DNA from: Candidatus Aenigmatarchaeota archaeon
GTDB lineage: Archaea; Aenigmatarchaeota; Aenigmatarchaeia; CG10238-14; SpSt-28
DNA: 64,000 nt
Direction: 5' to 3'
Assembly: GCA_038733315.1 (NCBI GenBank)
Contig: JAVYPJ010000001.1
Coordinates: 171,469 to 235,468, forward strand
The position numbers and the translations under genes are program-made. The first letter of the stretch is position 1, and each line of letters opens with the position of its first letter. The notes beneath the pieces are model-generated. The model was not told the DNA's origin. It saw only the letters and a list, made by a program, of their open reading frames with translations, and did no database searches. Below, piece after piece: positions 56,428 through 64,000 of the stretch.

Positions 56428-57378
56428 ATGATAAGAATAACTTTTTTGGGAACCTCTGCTGGAATTCCTAGTTTTAGTAGGAATCATCCTTCAATAGCTA
56501 TAGAATATTTTGGTAAAGATTATAAGCTTTTTCTTTTAGATTGTGGCGAGGGAACTCAACTACAACTAATGAAAGCAGGAATAAGCTTTATGAAAATAAA
56601 TTCTATTTTCATAACTCATTGGCATGCGGACCATTTTGCTGGCTTAATATCTTTAATTCAAACAATGAATATAGAAGGAAGAGAAAAAAGTTTGAGAATT
56701 TTTGCTCCAGAGGCTTCAAAATACGTTAAAAATATATTAAATCTTTATGCTTACAAACCATTTTTTGAGATTTTGCCTATTGATGTTGAATTATCTGAAA
56801 ATCCAAAAAAATTTTTTGAGGATGAAGAGTTGGAGTTTAGTGCTATAAAGGTTAAGCATAGTGTTAATAGCGTTGCGTATTCAGTTAAAGAAAAAGATAA
56901 ATATACAATAGATGAAGAAAAATTAAAAGGTTTTAATTTAAAAAAAGGTAAATGGTTAGATGTAATAAAGAAAAAGGGATATTATGAGTTTGAAGATGGT
57001 AAAAAAATTAAAATAGAAGAAATAGCAGTTTTAAAAAAAGGATTAAAAATAACGTATAGTGGTGATTGTATATATGATGAAAATTTAGTAAAGTTAGCTA
57101 AGGATTCAAAAATATTAATACACGAGGCAACATATGCTGAAAGTGATAAAGATGAGGAAAAATTACATTCTAGCGTTTCAGACGCCGCAAAAATAGCAAG
57201 TTTAGCTGGAGTAGAGCTATTGGTATTAACTCATATAAGTAGAAGATATCAAACAGAAGATGATATAATAAACATATTGACAGAAGCTAAGAAAATCTTT
57301 AGGAATGTAATAGTAGCTGAAGATTTTTTAGTAATAGAGGTTTGTAAGGATAAGACAAACATTTATAAGAAGGTATGA
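56428..57378 (+). CDS. rnz: Ribonuclease Z
   Basis: FLGTS, LDCGEGTQ, THWHADH, HEAT, LTHIS.RY. Confidence 0.96.
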   Translation: MIRITFLGTSAGIPSFSRNHPSIAIEYFGKDYKLFLLDCGEGTQLQLMKAGISFMKINSIFITHWHADHFAGLISLIQTMNIEGREKSLRIFAPEASKYVKNILNLYAYKPFFEILPIDVELSENPKKFFEDEELEFSAIKVKHSVNSVAYSVKEKDKYTIDEEKLKGFNLKKGKWLDVIKKKGYYEFEDGKKIKIEEIAVLKKGLKITYSGDCIYDENLVKLAKDSKILIHEATYAESDKDEEKLHSSVSDAAKIASLAGVELLVLTHISRRYQTEDDIINILTEAKKIFRNVIVAEDFLVIEVCKDKTNIYKKV

Positions 57379-59261
57379 AGAGAGAAATTTCTATTACATA
57401 TATAGAAATCGAAAAATGGTTAAAGGAAAATCAAGAGAACATAGTTAATTCGATTATTAAGAAAATTAAGCAGAGAGAAAAAATATTTTATTTCAAGCTG
57501 TTTAAAGGAAAAAACCAAAATTTAATAATATATTTACCGTATTTTTTGTTTTTTTCTAACTCTTCAATAAGGGTTGAAAAACCTACTACCTTTCAGATGG
57601 TTTTGAGAAAATATGCTGAAGATAAAAGAATTGAAAAGGTTTATCAGAGAGAAATGGATAAAATTGTTATATTCGAGCTATCTAATAAAATTAAATTAAT
57701 TTTTGAGTTTTTTTCTGATGGAAATATAATAATAGTTGATGAAAACGGAAAAATAATAGACGCTTTAGTAAAAAGAGATTGGAAAGATAGAAGTATAAAT
57801 AGAAATGTAGAGTATAAGTTTCCGCCATTAAAAAATTTAATTAAAAAAAACTTTCAAGAAATTTTTGAGATATGTAAAAATTCTGATTTAGCTATATTCA
57901 AATTTCTCATAGAAAATTTTGGTTTAAATTCGTATTATGCACAAGCTATTTTAGAAACTCTTAAAATAGATAAGAATAAAAATTGTAAAGAGATTTCTCA
58001 AAGAGAGCTTGATTTAATTCTTAAGAGTATAGAAGAGATATTAAAATCAAAGGAGTTTTATATAAAGAAAAACGATTTGATATGGATAGGTTCGTTAAAT
58101 ATTAGCGATTCTATAAGAATAGAAAAAATTAATGATGCTTTTTTAGAAGGATTTAGCATAATCGAGAAAAAAAAGATAATAAGAAAAGAAAAAGAGAAAG
58201 AAGAGAAAGTTAAAAAAATTTTTGAAGCAATAGAAGAGAGTAAAAGAAAAATAATGGAAGAAATTTCTGAAATTTCAGAAAAAATCGATGTAATACAAAA
58301 TAATTATAGTTTAATTTCAGAAATTTCTGAAAAGATTTTAGCTCTTAGAGGTATGAATGTCGATTGGCAGGATATAAAAAATATTATTAAAAAACAGTAT
58401 AAGGAGGTTTTAGAAATAAACGAGCATCTTGGTAGTATTAAGTTAAAATTTGGAGAAAAAGAGATAACTTTAAGTTTTAGAGATTTGAAAAGTTTCTTAA
58501 ATAAACTTTTCGAAAGAAGAAAAAAGCTAAAAGAAAAATTAAGTAAAATTGAGGAAAGGCAAAAAGAAGAAATTAAGATTGAAGTAGAAAAAGAAAGCTT
58601 TGGTTTAGCATTAGAAAAAGAAGAGAAGGAGCAAAAACAATGGTACGAAAAGTTTAGATGGTTTATAAGTTCAGATGGATTTTTAGTTGTTAGCGGAAAA
58701 GATGCCGAGAGTAATGAGGAGTTAATAAAAAAATACGTAAGGGAGCAAGATATAATCTTTCATGCGGATATTCATGGCTCTCCGTTTACTGTTATAAGAA
58801 ACGATAAGAAACAAAACATTCCACTACAAACAATTTATGAGGCAGCTCAGTTTACAGCTTGTTATTCTCAAGCTTGGGATTTGGGCTTAGGTAATATTAA
58901 TGTTTATTATGTAAGGCCAAATCAATTGGTTAAGTCAAATTTGCCAAAAGGCAGTTTTTTAATTACTGGTGAAAGAATTTGGTTAGAAAAGGTTAAGTTA
59001 AGGTTAGCTATTGGTGTTTATGAAGAAATGGGAAAAGTAAAAATATTTGCAGCTCCACCAGTAGCTGCTAGGAAAAAAACTCAATACATAATAACGTTAG
59101 TTCCAGGAAATAGAAGTGCAGATGAATTGGTAAAGGAAATAAGAAAACATTTTGAAAGCAATTTACCTTTTGAAATTAGAGCATTGTTTGAGAAAGTTAG
59201 CGACGAAGAAATAAAAAGGCTAATTCCTTTTAGTAAGGGCGAATTAGTTAGGGTTATATAG
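57375..59261 (+). CDS. rqcH: Ribosome quality control protein Rqc2/RqcH (NFACT family)
   Basis: F.MVLRKY, EFFSDGNI, WYEKFRWFISS.G, GKDA..NE, HADIHG. Confidence 0.9.
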   Translation: MKREISITYIEIEKWLKENQENIVNSIIKKIKQREKIFYFKLFKGKNQNLIIYLPYFLFFSNSSIRVEKPTTFQMVLRKYAEDKRIEKVYQREMDKIVIFELSNKIKLIFEFFSDGNIIIVDENGKIIDALVKRDWKDRSINRNVEYKFPPLKNLIKKNFQEIFEICKNSDLAIFKFLIENFGLNSYYAQAILETLKIDKNKNCKEISQRELDLILKSIEEILKSKEFYIKKNDLIWIGSLNISDSIRIEKINDAFLEGFSIIEKKKIIRKEKEKEEKVKKIFEAIEESKRKIMEEISEISEKIDVIQNNYSLISEISEKILALRGMNVDWQDIKNIIKKQYKEVLEINEHLGSIKLKFGEKEITLSFRDLKSFLNKLFERRKKLKEKLSKIEERQKEEIKIEVEKESFGLALEKEEKEQKQWYEKFRWFISSDGFLVVSGKDAESNEELIKKYVREQDIIFHADIHGSPFTVIRNDKKQNIPLQTIYEAAQFTACYSQAWDLGLGNINVYYVRPNQLVKSNLPKGSFLITGERIWLEKVKLRLAIGVYEEMGKVKIFAAPPVAARKKTQYIITLVPGNRSADELVKEIRKHFESNLPFEIRALFEKVSDEEIKRLIPFSKGELVRVI

Positions 59262-59274
59262 TTTTTATTAAAGT

Positions 59275-60348
59275 CTAAATAGTATATAATATATTGTGTA
59301 TTTTTTCGGTATTTTCTATTTCGGTTTTTAATTTCATGTGATAAATATCAATACCTAAATGTCTGTTTTTTCCTAATTTAGTTTCTATTTTATTTTCTTC
59401 TAAAGCGTTTTTTATTTTCTGGATTTTTTTACCGTCTGAAGAAGCAATTAACATATTACATTTTTCAAGACCAGTTTTTTCTACAAACATCTTTGAAATA
59501 GAATAAACTTTTTCAAAATTATTAGATACAGAAAGAACAGCCGAAAGAATTTTAAATAAATTCAAATCTTTATATTCCAGTCTCTTAAAATCTATAATAT
59601 CGAAAAAATCCGAGCAAATTCTTTTTATTCCGTACTTGTCATCTTTAGTATCACACATTTTTAAAATCAAATTTCCTAATTCTTTATGGTGCTTTATAAT
59701 ACTCTTTCTATAAATTCTCGCCAATTCTAGGAAATCACTATATCTTTTGTTTTCTAGAACCTTTGCGCAATCTATAACAAAAGATAAAGTTGCCCCCGGC
59801 ATTATTACATCTATAATATCACCTAAGGTACTCACAAATTCATTTAAAATTTTTTTATGATTTTCATTACCCATACTATCTAATAAATACTTGAAGGTGG
59901 TTTTGGTATCGTCATCATCTAATATCTCTACTTTTATGTTTTTATTTTCTAATTTTTTAATTAATTCTTTATCTACATCCAAATCAAGAAAGTATACATA
60001 CTTTAATTTTTCGAAAAAATCTTTTTTTATAATAAAATTCTCGACCAAATCTCTTAGAGGCTTTCTTTGTGTGAAAAAGAAGCTTATCTTATCACTAATT
60101 TTATCGTAGCTCAAAGAAAGCATATAAATTTTTACTAGTAATGACAGTAGTCCATCTCTATCGTAATGTACGAAGAAGATGATTTCACTATCTTTATTTT
60201 TAAAGGAATTACTTTTTAAACCAAATGTAAAACTACAAGATGAAAATATTTTATAAATGTCTAAATAATTACTTTCAGTTTCAAACAAATTTTTATTTAG
60301 ATCTTTTTTTAAATAATGAGCTCCACTCATAAATGTGCTTAAAAACAA
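59275..60348 (-). CDS. Hypothetical protein, possibly a degenerate DHH-fold phosphoesterase
   Basis: HYDRDG and FLDL resemble DHH motifs I and II; the DHH triad appears as DDD. Confidence 0.4.
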   Translation of the reverse strand: MFLSTFMSGAHYLKKDLNKNLFETESNYLDIYKIFSSCSFTFGLKSNSFKNKDSEIIFFVHYDRDGLLSLLVKIYMLSLSYDKISDKISFFFTQRKPLRDLVENFIIKKDFFEKLKYVYFLDLDVDKELIKKLENKNIKVEILDDDDTKTTFKYLLDSMGNENHKKILNEFVSTLGDIIDVIMPGATLSFVIDCAKVLENKRYSDFLELARIYRKSIIKHHKELGNLILKMCDTKDDKYGIKRICSDFFDIIDFKRLEYKDLNLFKILSAVLSVSNNFEKVYSISKMFVEKTGLEKCNMLIASSDGKKIQKIKNALEENKIETKLGKNRHLGIDIYHMKLKTEIENTEKIHNILYTI

Positions 60349-60415
60349 AATATTTAAACTTTTTCAACAAAAAATTAAATCTTTCAGTTTATAGAGAATT
60401 ATAAAAAACAATGAA

Positions 60416-61696
60416 CTAAACCTGAATTTGGGCTGTTCCACCGGCATGCCAGCTTAATCTAGGTCTAATTATTGCTGTAAATATTCTTTCTAGGTTATCG
60501 TCTAAAATTAGCGCAGCTCCATATACTCTTGGTAATTTATTAAAATAGTATTGAAAATCTTCTTCCATATATGTCTGCATTACAGAATGTAATGCTTTTA
60601 AATCTTCTCTAGAGGTTAATCTAAAAGAAATTACTATGTCTGTCTGACTTAATAAATCTTGATGTAATTTGTTTGGCATTTGTGTTATACAAACTAAATT
60701 TACTCCCGGCTCTCTTCCTTGTTTAGCAATAGTTAGAATAGGTTCTAATGCAATAGTTTTTCTATCGCTTGGAGCAAAGTTTTGAGCCTCCTCAAAAATA
60801 AGCCAAGTAATTGGAAAGAAAAATTTTTGAATTCTACCCTCTATTTTTGCTACTTCTTCTTCCTTTCTTGACAAAACCCTTTTAAAGTAGGTATTTGAAG
60901 TAATCCAAGCAGCAATCATATTTATTATAGCATTACTTTTAACTCTAGATAAATCTATTACACTTACTTTTCCAGGAATTACTATATCTTCTATTTTGCT
61001 TCCTTCTTTTTCGAAAATGCCCCAAGTATCTACTGTTTTAAATATAGAAATTAATGTTTTTTTGACGTTTTCATCCATTTCTTTATCTTCTTGCAACTTT
61101 CTTATTATATCTTTTAAATCATATTTCCCTATTTCCTTTTTTAGTTCTGCCAAAATTTTTTCTAAGGCAATTGCAAGATTCGAAGTTCTTTCCCACTCAA
61201 AAGTTTTAACCCAATCTTCTATACTAAAATCGCTAGTGGTTAAAGTTAATGTTTTATCTACAGGTATTCCAGCATTTATATAATCTTGAGCTAAACCTTT
61301 TGGGACAAAAACTTCGATAAATTCTTTAAATCCCTTTGGTTCTAAATTCCATTGTTTTAATAAAAGTTTTTGTTGCTCGTTTGGAAATTTTATACTCCAG
61401 TATATACCCATAGGATCTAAAATTACCATTGCAGATTTTTTTCTTATTTCATCTTCTAATTGGCAAAATTCTTCAATTATTACTCCACTAGAATAGCTTT
61501 TTCCGCTACCCCTTTTTCCACAAATTAAAACAACATGACTTTTAGTAAAATCGAAATAGACTTTTGTAGTTAATTGCCAATCATATTCACCAATAACTAA
61601 ATGCCTTCCAATATAGCCAGCACCTTTAATTCCAAGTTTTTTCTTCTCTTCTTCACTTCTCCCAATAATTGTTTCAACAATTTCTGAAATTACCAT
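60416..61696 (-). CDS. HerA/FtsK-like ATPase (DUF87)
   Basis: HVVLICGKRGSGKS, DPMG, FEEAQ, GREPG, TQMP. Confidence 0.88.
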   Translation of the reverse strand: MVISEIVETIIGRSEEEKKKLGIKGAGYIGRHLVIGEYDWQLTTKVYFDFTKSHVVLICGKRGSGKSYSSGVIIEEFCQLEDEIRKKSAMVILDPMGIYWSIKFPNEQQKLLLKQWNLEPKGFKEFIEVFVPKGLAQDYINAGIPVDKTLTLTTSDFSIEDWVKTFEWERTSNLAIALEKILAELKKEIGKYDLKDIIRKLQEDKEMDENVKKTLISIFKTVDTWGIFEKEGSKIEDIVIPGKVSVIDLSRVKSNAIINMIAAWITSNTYFKRVLSRKEEEVAKIEGRIQKFFFPITWLIFEEAQNFAPSDRKTIALEPILTIAKQGREPGVNLVCITQMPNKLHQDLLSQTDIVISFRLTSREDLKALHSVMQTYMEEDFQYYFNKLPRVYGAALILDDNLERIFTAIIRPRLSWHAGGTAQIQV

Positions 61697-61760
61697 AAAT
61701 TAAATCTTCATATTTCTACGTTATATAAACAAAGGATTTTATTAAGATAGTTTTGGTATT

Positions 61761-61831
61761 TGCGCCGGCCGGGATTTGAACCCGGGCTACCGGCTTGGAA
61801 GGCCGGTGTCCTACCACTAGACTACCGGCGC
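61761..61831 (-). tRNA. tRNA-Gly(TCC)
   Basis: Reverse complement GCGCCGG...CCGGC-CTTCCAA-GCCGG...CCGGCGCA. Confidence 0.97.
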
Positions 61832-61882
61832 ATATAAAAATATTTGTTTAATTTTTATTTAGTTGGAGAATTAATATCTTAT

Positions 61883-61953
61883 GGGTCCGTAGTCTAACGG
61901 TAGGACGCCGCCCTGACGCGGCGGAGAACCCGGTTCAACTCCGGGCGGACCCA
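61883..61953 (+). tRNA. tRNA-Val(GAC)
   Basis: Anticodon arm CCGCC-CTGACGC-GGCGG. Confidence 0.96.
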
Positions 61954-62700
61954 TTAATATGCTAAAGCTTGTAATAAATTTCTAGTCCCTATGGAAAAGC
62001 TTAAAACTGAAAAAGATGTTTTAATGAAGTTTTTAGAATCTTCACTTAAAGTTATGATATCCAAAAGTTTTATTAAAGATATTATAAAGATTAGTTTTAT
62101 AAATAAATATCCTATTGAAAAGTATTCTAAGATTAATCTAGAAAAAACGTGCTGCTCGTAAAAACCGAAAAAAAGAACGTTTATTATTGTTATGGTTGCT
62201 TCATATAATTGCCCTATAATTAGCAATCTGTTAAATAGGTTTATTTTAGCTATGAAAATTAATATAATAAACAGAAATGATAATGGAAAATATATAGATA
62301 AAGCTTGTAGATTTTTTAGTTCTAATTGAAATGAAAATGTAAAAAACATAAGAGTTCCTAAAATAAACGCAGTTTTTTCATAACTATTAGCTAAAATTTT
62401 TCTTGAAAGATACATCAATATAACAAAAAATATTATATATAATCCTTCAATCCAAGGGGTTATAAAAATAATGCTAGAAATAATTTTATAATCTTCTAAA
62501 ACTCTAATTGCAGAGAATGGAAGCGCTAAAAAATGCGAAAATATAGCAAATCTATAATCGATTTTTATCTTTTGTTTCTTAACAAACTTATAAAGTAGAA
62601 AGATTGCTATTAAAAATACAATAGAATAAATAAATGTTTTAAAAAAGGTATATCCCTCTCTTTTAGGATCAAAGAAATATATATAAATTTCTTCTATCAT
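61954..62700 (-). CDS. DUF63-family membrane protein
   Basis: GYTFFKT..Y, IRVLED, ITP, YEQHVFS, GTRN. Confidence 0.8.
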   Translation of the reverse strand: MIEEIYIYFFDPKREGYTFFKTFIYSIVFLIAIFLLYKFVKKQKIKIDYRFAIFSHFLALPFSAIRVLEDYKIISSIIFITPWIEGLYIIFFVILMYLSRKILANSYEKTAFILGTLMFFTFSFQLELKNLQALSIYFPLSFLFIILIFIAKINLFNRLLIIGQLYEATITIINVLFFGFYEQHVFSRLILEYFSIGYLFIKLIFIISLIKLLDIITLSEDSKNFIKTSFSVLSFSIGTRNLLQALAY

Positions 62701-62711
62701 AAAAAACTTTT

Positions 62712-63509
62712 ATGAATAATATTGTTAGAGGATTACAATTACTTTTAGTGGCTTTAATTTTAGTTTTTGGAATATTTCTTTCGGGCTGTACTAATTTACC
62801 ATTAGATTCTACAGCACCAGCATTTAGCGCTAGAACTTCTAACGGTTTACTTATTAAAAGTGTGAATTACGAATCTAAAATTTCTGAAAAATCGGATGTA
62901 GAGATTGTGGTTAATATAGAAAATGCTGGATACGATGCTAATAACGTTAAAATTACTCTCTTTGGTTTAACTGATCGCTGGACTCCTAAACCGCCAATTT
63001 CAGAAAATATAGGTAGTTTAAAAAATGGAGAAACATATGAAAAAATATTCAAAGTCAAATCTCCTGAAATAGCTGAAAATAGAACTGATAGCTTTGGATT
63101 AAAGCTTGAATACGATTATACTTCTGTATATGAAGCTAAGATAGTTTTGAGAAAGAAGGATAAAAACATTACTGTTAGTCTAGAGGGAGAAAGATTAGTT
63201 AAACCAGCTCCGATAACTTTTAAATTATCTTCTCACAAAATTTCAAATAACGTACTTTATCTTAACTTTTCTGTTTCAAATGAAGGAAGTGGAAAAACAA
63301 ACGAAATAAGAATATATGCTGATGGTATTAGTTGCGACAGCTCGGCTGATTTAAAAAACAAATCTAGAGTTTCTTGTAGCGTTGAGATACCATCTTTTGA
63401 CGAAGTGTTAGTTAAAGAATTTCAATTAAGAGCAGCATATAGATATGAATATCAAACAGATTTAGTTTATAAGATAAATGTATATAAAATTAAACCAGAA
63501 TCAGAATAA
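62712..63509 (+). CDS. Putative lipoprotein/surface protein with Ig-like beta domains
   Basis: Lipobox-like FLSGC; IENAG and VSNEG CARDB-like motifs. Confidence 0.7.
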   Translation: MNNIVRGLQLLLVALILVFGIFLSGCTNLPLDSTAPAFSARTSNGLLIKSVNYESKISEKSDVEIVVNIENAGYDANNVKITLFGLTDRWTPKPPISENIGSLKNGETYEKIFKVKSPEIAENRTDSFGLKLEYDYTSVYEAKIVLRKKDKNITVSLEGERLVKPAPITFKLSSHKISNNVLYLNFSVSNEGSGKTNEIRIYADGISCDSSADLKNKSRVSCSVEIPSFDEVLVKEFQLRAAYRYEYQTDLVYKINVYKIKPESE

Positions 63510-63518
63510 TAAACTATT

Positions 63519-64000
63519 TTAATCAAAAACAAAAACTATAGAGGGCCTTGCTGGTAAAGAATCCTTAGCTTTAACCTCTTTACTTTCCTCTTCTCTTTCT
63601 ATTTCGAATTTACAATCGAATTCTTTTTCTAAAAATTCTTTATATTGAGATAAAACTTCGAACTCGTTTTCGATTAAATAGTTTAATATTTTCGATTTTT
63701 TAATTATTTTTTTTGCAATATCATTATTAAAATATTTTTTGTTCAATTCATTCAGATTAATCCCACTTTCAATTTCTTTCTTAATATTTTTAGCGATTTC
63801 AAACTTTTCTTTATTCGCTACAATCAATTTTATTTCTTTTGGTTTTTTATTTTTAATTTTTAATATCTCTCTTATATCGCTTGTAACGAATTCTATATAC
63901 TCTTCGCTTTTTAATATATTCTCATCTATTTTTTCTACTTTTGGCCAAGAGATGTTTATAGCATCTTTTCCAATTTTTTCAAGAATTTCAGAAGTTATAT
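63519..64000 (-). CDS. leuS: Leucyl-tRNA synthetase, C-terminal part (gene starts beyond the window)
   Basis: Frame is open to the edge: ...SWPKV...EEYIE...DIREI...FLEKEF...KAKDSLPARPSI, typical of the archaeal LeuRS C-terminus. Confidence 0.8.
   Translation of the reverse strand, partial: ITSEILEKIGKDAINISWPKVEKIDENILKSEEYIEFVTSDIREILKIKNKKPKEIKLIVANKEKFEIAKNIKKEIESGINLNELNKKYFNNDIAKKIIKKSKILNYLIENEFEVLSQYKEFLEKEFDCKFEIEREEESKEVKAKDSLPARPSIVFVFD

Noticed and set aside
960..63058. Many short ORFs in the track that lie opposite or inside long genes (e.g. 960-1211, 4699-5040, 23749-24108, 25813-26187, 43826-44143)
   Set aside because: Shadow frames of well-supported genes with no recognisable motifs

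Overview
AT-rich, gene-dense archaeal chromosome segment. The gene set, fragmented ribosomal operons and tandem MNT-HEPN genes suggest a DPANN lineage such as Aenigmarchaeota (inference). It holds mostly housekeeping genes (ribosomal proteins, EF-1alpha, IleRS, partial LeuRS, RadA, RPA, Hel308, Kae1/Bud32, Elp3, Cbf5, RNase Z, Rqc2, AglB and glycosyltransferases, S-layer), seven tRNAs (one with an intron), an MjaI-family restriction-modification pair and an MNT/HEPN toxin-antitoxin pair. The main observation is a replication locus at about 6.8-11.5 kb. An intact family-B DNA polymerase ends in a zinc finger resembling the C-terminal finger of the PolD large subunit DP2. It sits directly behind a shrunken DP1 (PolD small subunit) homolog that lacks the catalytic motifs. 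This resembles the eukaryotic Pol alpha/delta/epsilon 'catalytic subunit + CTD finger + inactive B-subunit' design. Upstream is a five-copy array with exact 21-bp periodicity and an AT-rich tract between two winged-helix genes, a candidate non-ORB origin or operator. The window also has unannotated L7Ae-type RNA elements: a canonical C/D sRNA with readable 16S targets, a degenerate C/D sRNA, an H/ACA-like hairpin behind tRNA-Asn, and K-turn/K-loop hairpins in the leaders of the S-layer and TRAM genes. A tRNA-Gln(UUG)/Trm9-like/Elp3 wobble-modification cluster is also present. All calls come from motif recognition by eye; no searches were run.
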